Made by a program: the position numbers and the translations under genes | The notes under the pieces: model-generated | The model's input: only the letters and a program-made list of their open reading frames with translations | The model's database searches: none | What the model was told of the DNA's origin: nothing | In this document: positions 56,864 to 64,000 of the stretch, piece by piece | Layout: the number at the start of each line of letters is the position of its first letter | How positions within the stretch are numbered: the first letter of the stretch is position 1 | Virus record (IMG/VR): IMGVR_UViG_3300009155_000048 | Span: 1 to 64,000 of that record | Reading direction: 5' to 3' (one strand) | DNA from: a virus | DNA: 64,000 nucleotides

Positions 56864-57270
56864 TACTAACTAGAGAAATTATAGTAAAAATAAATGAGTC
56901 CAACTTTTCATATTATGAAGAGTTAGGATATGATGTTGCTATTGGAGAAGCTCTAATAATTCCAGTTGAATTATTATCAACAGGAAGCCACTATAAAATA
57001 GATTGTAAATGTGATGGATGTAGTATAGTTAAGGAAGTCATATTTAAGAATTATGTTAAATATGATAATAAATGGGGCGAGTACTATTGTAGAAAGTGTT
57101 CAGAGAAGAAAAGAAAAGAAACTCTTAAAGAAAATTATGGCGTTGAATATCCAATTCAAAACAAAGAAATAAAGAAAAGGATTAAGAAAACTATGATTGA
57201 TAAGTTTGGAGTAGATAACCCAACAAAATCAAAAGAAATTATTTCTAAAAGAAAAAAAGTCTCAAATTAA
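56860..57270 (+). CDS. Homing-endonuclease-type zinc/DNA-binding module without nuclease domain
   Basis: N-terminus paralogous to 37189-38100; YGVEYP/FGVDNP repeats. Confidence 0.65.
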   Translation: MILTREIIVKINESNFSYYEELGYDVAIGEALIIPVELLSTGSHYKIDCKCDGCSIVKEVIFKNYVKYDNKWGEYYCRKCSEKKRKETLKENYGVEYPIQNKEIKKRIKKTMIDKFGVDNPTKSKEIISKRKKVSN

Positions 57271-57286
57271 TTTTTGAGACTTTTTT
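57252..57286. terminator. Bidirectional terminator
   Basis: AAAAAAGTCTCAAA/TTTGAGACTTTTTT. Confidence 0.72.
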
Positions 57287-57287
57287 A

Positions 57288-58994
57288 TTAGAATTCAAAT
57301 TCAGCACCTTCACCACCAGCTTCTCCGCCACCACCTTCACCACCCGGTTCTGGACCAGCCTCCGGAGTTGTTTGAGCTCCTCCTTCAGGGGCAGCTTGAG
57401 CACCACCTTCGGCACCAGGTTCACCACCTTCAGCACCAGCTTCAGCACCACCTTCTGGGCCAGCACCACCGCCTTTACCAGATTTAATCCAATAGGCTTT
57501 ATTTTCTTCTTTTTCTTCTGGTGTCAATTTCATAACTTTATCAATTAAATAATCAATATGGAAATATGGTTGGCCATCAGCAGTTTGAATTCCCAACATA
57601 GTGCCTAAAATACTAGCTCTCTTTTCAAAATTTGCCAACTTTTTCCACTCTTCAAATAATTGATTTGAATTAAAATTGATATCTACTTGGTTTAAGAATA
57701 TCTCATCATTTTTCAATTCTGGAAATTCCATACACATTTGTAATTTAAGTGGTTTAACAATTAATTCTTTATAGTTAGCTCTTAAACGGTTAATAAAGTT
57801 ATTAAATTTAACTTCATCTCTAGTCATCTCAGCCGCATCACTAAATACATTACCACCACCATTTTCTTTATCAAATCTTTGGAAAGGAATTTTAGATGCT
57901 CTTTTTAAGATATTAAAGAACCAAGTTAACATATCATTCTCATTTAAGTTGTGACCTTCCGGTGAGACTAATTCCATACCAGGTGTACCAGCATCTCCTT
58001 CTGGGAACCACACTTGTTTATTATATGGTAAATGTTTTCTACCATTTATAGTAACAGTACCCAATGTATCATCCCATTCAACTTCTTCCGAGTAATCAGC
58101 AATTAATTGACCAATTTGTTCTTCAGCACGTTGTCTAGGTAAACCTTTAATTGGAATAGTAAACTTTTGATAAACAGTAGCGTTGATAATATTGAACATA
58201 ATTTTAGTTTGTTCAAGAATCTTTAACTGATTATATGGTTTAATTAAACCCTCAAGATATGAAGTTTCAGAATAATCATTCTGTGTTGAATATGAAATAA
58301 ATACCAATTGAGAATCTAAGAAGATTCTTCTTAATTGTGGATCCTCTGGATATTGAATCCAAAGATTACCAATAGATGGCTCATATGCTGGAACTAATGT
58401 TTCGGGTCTTAGTCTATTAAAGTGAATAATATTTTTTTTCTTATCATCCCAAACAATTTCAATTGCAATATAACCATCAATTAAGAAGTCTTTCATCATA
58501 TTCCAAGCAGTGATATTATCACCAAATCCAAATCTATTATAAATAATTTCAAAATACTCTTGATACTTATCCTTAATATCTTGTGAGTAGTCATTTGATA
58601 AAGGTCTAGGTGAACAAAAATCATTCTCATTATAGATAATTGCCTCATCGGAAACCGATGAAACAAAATCTCTTAATTCATCCTTAATTGAATATTCTCT
58701 TAAAATTCTTCTCTTATCAGCATAACTTCTATCTAAATACGGAACCGACTTTCTATTAAGAACAGACGCAACCGCTTTGGATGAAAAGAAATCATACATC
58801 GAATTATTTTTCTGACTGTACGGATCCTCATTAATACCAACACCGACAGTGTTTCTGATAATCATATCATCATACTTCATACCGAAGTTTGATAAATTAC
58901 GAAGCAATCTATTAAAAAGACCCTTATTCTCAACCGCAGATGAGATATAAGTAGAATTTTGATTTTGTTGATTTAGCGGATTATAAGAAGCCAT
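57288..58994 (-). CDS. Portal protein (T4 gp20-like)
   Basis: SYLE..IKPYNQLKILE, ASKIPF.RF, EMTRDEVKF..FI.RLR; G/E/A/P-rich tail. Confidence 0.92.
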   Translation of the reverse strand: MASYNPLNQQNQNSTYISSAVENKGLFNRLLRNLSNFGMKYDDMIIRNTVGVGINEDPYSQKNNSMYDFFSSKAVASVLNRKSVPYLDRSYADKRRILREYSIKDELRDFVSSVSDEAIIYNENDFCSPRPLSNDYSQDIKDKYQEYFEIIYNRFGFGDNITAWNMMKDFLIDGYIAIEIVWDDKKKNIIHFNRLRPETLVPAYEPSIGNLWIQYPEDPQLRRIFLDSQLVFISYSTQNDYSETSYLEGLIKPYNQLKILEQTKIMFNIINATVYQKFTIPIKGLPRQRAEEQIGQLIADYSEEVEWDDTLGTVTINGRKHLPYNKQVWFPEGDAGTPGMELVSPEGHNLNENDMLTWFFNILKRASKIPFQRFDKENGGGNVFSDAAEMTRDEVKFNNFINRLRANYKELIVKPLKLQMCMEFPELKNDEIFLNQVDINFNSNQLFEEWKKLANFEKRASILGTMLGIQTADGQPYFHIDYLIDKVMKLTPEEKEENKAYWIKSGKGGGAGPEGGAEAGAEGGEPGAEGGAQAAPEGGAQTTPEAGPEPGGEGGGGEAGGEGAEFEF

Positions 58995-59051
58995 AAAATT
59001 TTAAAAATTTCTAGTATATATTAAAAACAGAGTTTCCCATATATATTAAGT

Positions 59052-59744
59052 TTAACGACCATATTTTTCAAGGCTTTTCTTGATTCTATCAGCATGTCCT
59101 TTTAATAGTTTGTAGTTTTCTTTTATATCATCTGAAATTTGATAAAAGTCTTTTATCAAAACTTTACTCATTTCAGCATCTCTATCAGCTCTATCGCCTA
59201 ACTTAGCACTCCAAATCTCATAGAGTTTTCTAGGGTCATATTTATTTTTAGGGTGACCAGAATATAAGAATCTAGGAACTGCTTCCATATTTATCTTATG
59301 GACTAGTTGAACTTGTTGAAGATTATATTCAACCAAAGCATACTCAAATCCATAATTCATCAATTCTCTATAAACTCCTTGAAAATCAACTTCTAATAAA
59401 TTATTGTTTTCAAAGTCTTCTTCTTTGATGTACTTATCAAATATACTCACCCGAACTTCAAGTGGGATAAAATTAAAATTAATACCTATTATAATTATAA
59501 GATTCTCAAATTTCTTAAAATCAACAGTGAAAATTGGAGAATATCTCATCCAATTAGAATCATCCATATAATGTAAGTGATAAAACCCACTCAATTGCAT
59601 CTGACCAACATTCATACTAGTAACTTCACTATCTGATTTACTAAACTTATTATAGAAATAAAGTGAGTTATTTTTATAATTCTCAGCAATTCCATTACCA
59701 TAAACCAAATTATTTAATTTAACTCTTTCTAATAATTCACCCAT
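59052..59744 (-). CDS. DNA end protector (T4 gp2-like)
   Basis: Y...Y..SPIF...GINFNFIP...R; divergent from gp4-like gene. Confidence 0.6.
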   Translation of the reverse strand: MGELLERVKLNNLVYGNGIAENYKNNSLYFYNKFSKSDSEVTSMNVGQMQLSGFYHLHYMDDSNWMRYSPIFTVDFKKFENLIIIIGINFNFIPLEVRVSIFDKYIKEEDFENNNLLEVDFQGVYRELMNYGFEYALVEYNLQQVQLVHKINMEAVPRFLYSGHPKNKYDPRKLYEIWSAKLGDRADRDAEMSKVLIKDFYQISDDIKENYKLLKGHADRIKKSLEKYGR

Positions 59745-59788
59745 AGGATATTAATTTATAGATATATATTAAAAAATAACATTAAGGT

Positions 59789-60298
59789 ATGTTAAATAGT
59801 GCTCCAAAACAACCAGGTAAATATCACCAAGGATTGTTTACTCCAAGTAACAAAGACAAAGTAATTAAATTAAACTCACAAGGTGGATTATACTATCGTT
59901 CCGGATTAGAACAGAAAATGATGGTCTATCTAGACAATAATGAAAAGATTATCAATTGGGGATCAGAACATCTTAGAATACCCTACACTAAAACAGAATG
60001 GGTATCAGAAAATCAAGATTATAAAACATCAGAACATACTTACTATCCTGACTTTTATTATGAGTTAAAAAGAGAGGATGGATCAATTTCTAAAGTTGTT
60101 GCTGAAGTAAAGCCTTATTCAGAAACAATTGAACCTAAATTGAATCCAAATCCAACAGCTAAACAGATGAAGAACTTTGAATATGCTCTTAAAATGTATA
60201 ATAAAAATCTAAGTAAGTGGACTTACATGATTGAATATTGTCAAAGAAAAGGATTTGAATTTATTATTATTACTGAAAAAGTCCTTGGATCAAGATAA
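59789..60298 (+). CDS. Head completion nuclease (T4 gp4-like)
   Basis: YHQGLF.P.N..K, YRSGLE, WGSE..IPY, YYPDF, EVKP, KW, FIIITE. Confidence 0.88.
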   Translation: MLNSAPKQPGKYHQGLFTPSNKDKVIKLNSQGGLYYRSGLEQKMMVYLDNNEKIINWGSEHLRIPYTKTEWVSENQDYKTSEHTYYPDFYYELKREDGSISKVVAEVKPYSETIEPKLNPNPTAKQMKNFEYALKMYNKNLSKWTYMIEYCQRKGFEFIIITEKVLGSR

Positions 60299-60632
60299 TA
60301 ATAAGAAAGAAAACACTCATAATAGTGTTTATACCATCATATAAATTTATAGCAATATTTCTCTTGGTTGATAAGATAACATACTTAAATAGACCAAGAA
60401 AAATAATACCAAAGAAATATATCCACAAATGTGAGAATAAACCAATCGGTAACCAAATTAAATAGAATATCTTAAATAGATAGAAAAATAAATTTGGGAT
60501 AGCACTTTTAATATCCAAATTTGGATCAAATTTAGCAAAAATTTTATTACGATTGGTTAGTTGATATACCTCAACCACAATAAAAACAAGTGAAAGAGCA
60601 TAGAAAAAATTAGACAAAAGGTTCATCTTCAA
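60270..60632 (-). CDS. Small multi-pass membrane protein
   Basis: Three to four hydrophobic segments. Confidence 0.6.
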   Translation of the reverse strand: MKMNLLSNFFYALSLVFIVVEVYQLTNRNKIFAKFDPNLDIKSAIPNLFFYLFKIFYLIWLPIGLFSHLWIYFFGIIFLGLFKYVILSTKRNIAINLYDGINTIMSVFFLIIILIQGLFQ

Positions 60633-60924
60633 AAATAGTTTTTATTTCTCCTAGATTTTTTAAATTTGTGAGAGAATTTTGCATTAGTCTTATACTACCA
60701 GATTTACTTACTTCATTAAAAATCTCATCAGATACAGACACTTCAATCGGATCACCCACAATTCTGTCGTATTCATGAGGAATAGCATCTGAATCTCTAC
60801 TTTCATAAGTCTTTCTTATGTAAGATTTATATTCATCCTTTGTTAAATGTAGTGAACAACCATCAGGACGAATTCCCCATCCACGTTCAGACTCTTCCCA
60901 ATACTGTAAATAAACGCTTTTCAT
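60610..60924 (-). CDS. Hypothetical phage protein
   Basis: WEESERGWGIRPDGCSLH. Confidence 0.6.
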   Translation of the reverse strand: MKSVYLQYWEESERGWGIRPDGCSLHLTKDEYKSYIRKTYESRDSDAIPHEYDRIVGDPIEVSVSDEIFNEVSKSGSIRLMQNSLTNLKNLGEIKTIFEDEPFV

Positions 60925-61001
60925 ACTTTTGTGATATTTATAGTGATATTAATTAAACTCTTAAAGTTTAGCAAATATAATAAATAAAAATTAATTATAC
61001 A

Positions 61002-62153
61002 ATGAGAAAAATAACATTTCATTTAGAGTATATTTGGTTAGACGGTAATTATCCTCAACAAATACGTTCAAAAACAAAAATAGTGGAGAAAGAAATCACC
61101 GACGATATTATTGAAGATATTCAAAATAGTGAAACCGGAGATGTACGCGAACCATTCTATAATGATTGGAAAAAAAATCCAAAATCATTACCAATGTGGA
61201 ACTTTGATGGATCTTCCACTGGCCAAGCCGAAACTTCTAAATCAGAATTGTTATTACATCCAGTAAATATTTTCATGGATCCAGTTAAACACAATGGATT
61301 TATAGTTATTTCTGAAGTATATAATACCGACATGACACCACATCATACTAATAAAAGAGCCAAAATGGTTGAAATGGTTGAAAAGTATGACCAAGAAACA
61401 ATGTGGGGATGGGAGGCTGAGTATTTCATTTATGATAAAAAAACTAATAAACCACTTGGATGGCCAACAGAAGGATATCCTAGACCACAAGGACCATTCT
61501 ATTGTGCAGTTGGTGGTAATAATGTTGATGGACGCGAATTTGTCGAAGAACACACAACATTATGTGAAATTACAGGTTTGAAAATTTCTGGAATCAATGC
61601 TGAAGTTGCTCTTGGTCAATGGGAATATCAAATTGGACCAGTTTATGCAATAGATGGTGCTGACCAAATGTGGATTTCTAGATTTTTATTACAAAGATTG
61701 TCTGAAAAATATGGATATTTTATTGAATTAGAACCTAAACCATATAAAGGAAATGATTGGAATGGATCGGGAATGCACGTTAACTTCTCAACTAAAGAAA
61801 TGAGAGATGATTTGAAAAACAAGAAAAAGTTAGTTATTGAAGCTTGTGAAAAATTAGGACAAAAAGTAGAAGAACATATTGCAGTATATGGACCAAACAA
61901 TGAAGCTCGTTTAACTGGATCAAATGAAACTTGTTCAATTAAAGAATTTAGATATGGAATTGGAGATAGAACAGCTTCAATTCGTATTCCTTCTTCAATT
62001 GAAGACAAAACAACTCCTGGATACTTAGAAGATAGAAGACCAGCTTCAAATGGTGATCCATATGAAATTGTAACTAGAATGGTCAAAACCATCTGTGGTG
62101 GAAAGTTAGATAAAAAATCTGATAAGAAAAAGAAGAAAGAACAAGAAGCATAA
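61002..62153 (+). CDS. glnII: Glutamine synthetase type II
   Basis: EYIWLDG, WNFDGSSTGQA, PQGPFYC, GINAEV..GQWEYQIGP, DWNGSGMH, DRTASIRIP, YLEDRRPASN.DPY. Confidence 0.95.
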   Translation: MRKITFHLEYIWLDGNYPQQIRSKTKIVEKEITDDIIEDIQNSETGDVREPFYNDWKKNPKSLPMWNFDGSSTGQAETSKSELLLHPVNIFMDPVKHNGFIVISEVYNTDMTPHHTNKRAKMVEMVEKYDQETMWGWEAEYFIYDKKTNKPLGWPTEGYPRPQGPFYCAVGGNNVDGREFVEEHTTLCEITGLKISGINAEVALGQWEYQIGPVYAIDGADQMWISRFLLQRLSEKYGYFIELEPKPYKGNDWNGSGMHVNFSTKEMRDDLKNKKKLVIEACEKLGQKVEEHIAVYGPNNEARLTGSNETCSIKEFRYGIGDRTASIRIPSSIEDKTTPGYLEDRRPASNGDPYEIVTRMVKTICGGKLDKKSDKKKKKEQEA

Positions 62154-62155
62154 AA

Positions 62156-62187
62156 AGAAAAACCTCTCAAATTTGAGAGGTTTTTTT
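62156..62187. terminator. Bidirectional terminator
   Basis: AAAACCTCTCAA/TTGAGAGGTTTT. Confidence 0.75.
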
Positions 62188-62337
62188 AATTTTATTAAAT
62201 ATTTTATTTATTTTTCTAATTCTAACTTCTTGTTTTGTTTCATATTGAATACTAACTTTAGCATCAACAAAAGAAGGTTGTGATACAACATCTTGTATAA
62301 AGTCAGACCAATTATATTGTGCGAAGTTCTTGGACAT
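62167..62337 (-). CDS. Unannotated 56-aa mini-protein with ETKQEVRIRKINKIF tail
   Basis: TAATG-coupled to sigma gene; ETKQ..R..KI.K[IV] matches 1202-1408. Confidence 0.65.
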   Translation of the reverse strand: MSKNFAQYNWSDFIQDVVSQPSFVDAKVSIQYETKQEVRIRKINKIFNKIKKTSQI

Positions 62338-62702
62338 TAAATTGAGTGAAGACCCATTCCATCATTACTTGATTCAATACTAATCAATCTAATTTGATGG
62401 TCATTATCACCTTTCTTTTTATAAAGTTCATTATAACCTTTAGCAATACCACGTTTGAATACTTCTGTAAAGTAAGCGAAAGCATTATCAGATTTTTCCT
62501 CATTGAAGTTATACCAATTAGAAAACATATCTAACAGACCAGATTGATAACAATCCATTCTATCATCATTGTTATAATATCTCATTTTTTTAATTGTTCT
62601 TTTAGCAAGAATCTCTAACATCAATTTAGATTTGTTAGTTAATTTTCCTTGTGCTTTTGACACTATGATCTCGACAAAGAGATCTTTATTATGTAAGTAA
62701 AT
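62337..62702 (-). CDS. Late sigma factor (T4 gp55-like); probable non-AUG (ATT) start at 62702
   Basis: YLHNKDL N-motif upstream of the GTG call; NFNEEKSDNAFAYFT. Confidence 0.8.
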   Translation of the reverse strand: MYLHNKDLFVEIIVSKAQGKLTNKSKLMLEILAKRTIKKMRYYNNDDRMDCYQSGLLDMFSNWYNFNEEKSDNAFAYFTEVFKRGIAKGYNELYKKKGDNDHQIRLISIESSNDGMGLHSI

Positions 62703-62784
62703 AGTAGTAGAATTATTTTTTATTATCAGTCCAACTGAAATGCTTTCATGTTATATAGAACATTAAAATAAAAGTTTATAAATA

Positions 62785-62815
62785 AAAAAAACTCTCAAAT
62801 TTCTTTGAGAGTTTT
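62785..62815 (-). terminator. Terminator hairpin
   Basis: AAAACTCTCAAA-tttc-TTTGAGAGTTTT. Confidence 0.7.
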
Positions 62816-62833
62816 CATTAAATTTTATTTTAA

Positions 62834-64000
62834 TTAAGCCTTAACTCTTTCTTTATATTGTAATTCTTTAACAGATTGTAATTCGGTATTTAATACTTCT
62901 TTTCTCTTGTTTAAGTTATTTAATGCTACAGACAAAGCGTTTGATTCACCAATCATCTTTATAGAGCCATTTACTTTATCAATGTTAAATTGAACATCTT
63001 CAAGCTTTAATACAATTTCTCTTTCTTTATCTTCTAATCTTCTTTTTGTAATTAATTCTTTACCTAATTTATTCTCATAGAAGAATGTTAAATCATAGTT
63101 TAATTCATTTCTTACTTCATTTACCAATTCTAAAGCCGACTCATATTTAAAGAATGAATTGCCATATCTTTCATCACATCTGTATAAGAAAGTTGCATTT
63201 TTATAATTGAATGCAAATACTTCTAAATATGGATTAATTAAGTTATTAACTCTTTTAACCACATCCATTTCAACAAATTTATTTAAGTTATTTGAAGTTT
63301 CAAGTAAAATTGGATAGAATTGTTTGTTTACAATTGGAATAATTGGAGAAGCAAATAAACTTTCTAATGTAGTTTCTTTGTTCATTTCATCATCATTGAT
63401 GAAGATAACACCTTTTTTATTTACTGCTAAACCAATAGTTAAATTTTCAGAAATTCTGAAATTAACTCTATCTTCAGTGATAGTAGCATATCTCATACCA
63501 ATCTCAAGATTACGAAGAGTTCTTAACTTATCATTATCTGTTACATGAGTCTCTAAAAGAGTTTTCTCAACATTATTCTCAGAAAGTAAGAACCAAGAGT
63601 CCTTAACTAAACAAAGATAACCTTCTTCAACTTGTTCAACAATTGTGAACACTGATTCTGATTTACCACCAGAAAGAAGATTAGATTTTTGTTGAGGTGA
63701 TTTTGTTAAATTATGAACAAATAATTTAATTTCTGGAACCCAGTCATAAACTGCCAATTCATTAAGAACTTTAGACATTCTATCTTGATCTGATTCCAAG
63801 TTAATAGTTTGTAAAAGAACATTAATAGGCTGTCTGTAAATTTCACCTTGATTTTTACTATTTAAAACATTATACAAATGTTTTAATTCATATACCAATT
63901 GATACTCAGACACATCATCATTTAATGACTCTAATAAACCTTTAATTTCCTTGTCAAAAGTGTAAGCTTTTAGTTTCTCATTAAGAGACAAAACGATTGT
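62834..64000 (-). CDS. Large coiled-coil protein, C-terminal part (N-terminus outside window)
   Basis: Frame open to window edge; position next to head/late genes. Confidence 0.65.
   Translation of the reverse strand, partial: TIVLSLNEKLKAYTFDKEIKGLLESLNDDVSEYQLVYELKHLYNVLNSKNQGEIYRQPINVLLQTINLESDQDRMSKVLNELAVYDWVPEIKLFVHNLTKSPQQKSNLLSGGKSESVFTIVEQVEEGYLCLVKDSWFLLSENNVEKTLLETHVTDNDKLRTLRNLEIGMRYATITEDRVNFRISENLTIGLAVNKKGVIFINDDEMNKETTLESLFASPIIPIVNKQFYPILLETSNNLNKFVEMDVVKRVNNLINPYLEVFAFNYKNATFLYRCDERYGNSFFKYESALELVNEVRNELNYDLTFFYENKLGKELITKRRLEDKEREIVLKLEDVQFNIDKVNGSIKMIGESNALSVALNNLNKRKEVLNTELQSVKELQYKERVKA

Noticed and set aside
57288-57480. GC-richer patch as foreign DNA; overlapping ORF 57245-57469
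   Set aside because: It encodes the low-complexity G/E/A/P tail of the portal; the alternative ORF is a frame shadow.
61643-62170. 175-aa antisense ORF, and similar antisense ORFs (e.g. 9579, 16596, 22765, 34891, 47901, 54751)
   Set aside because: Antisense or alternate-frame shadows of well-supported genes, with no motifs of their own.
1-64000. Stop-codon reassignment as in some large phages
   Set aside because: Conserved genes are full-length in the standard code, and TAG and TGA both terminate genes at sensible positions.

Overview
AT-rich 64-kb segment of a large T4-like (jumbo-type) tailed phage, read in the standard genetic code. The host is probably a Bacteroidota member (inferred from A-rich translation starts without Shine-Dalgarno sites and a tmRNA tag that resumes at Gly). 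It contains the head module (gp23 major capsid, gp21 protease fused to a repeat scaffold, gp20 portal, gp2, gp4, gp55-like late sigma) and replication/nucleotide genes (gp41-like helicase, the N-terminal half of a split family-B polymerase, a DinG-like helicase fractured by a split intein with an endonuclease between the halves, nrdA, thyA). It also carries two DNA methyltransferases, homing endonucleases, auxiliary metabolic genes (GSII, RpiB) and RNA/ribosome-rescue functions (Ro60 with two Y-like RNAs, tmRNA, an NFACT-R domain). The most striking unexplained pattern is a dispersed family of about 10 small genes, three of them missed by the ORF track. Most consist of a degenerate fragment of one of the phage's own essential proteins (major capsid x3-4, prohead protease x2, tail-tube-like, helicase-like) joined to a shared basic-hydrophobic tail R-x-x-K-[IL]-x-x-[ILV]-[LF], which makes it a candidate decoy or adaptor system. 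A second genome-wide code is an N-terminal peptide resembling the T4 capsid-targeting sequence on about 18-20 proteins. All alignments were made by eye; no database searches were run.
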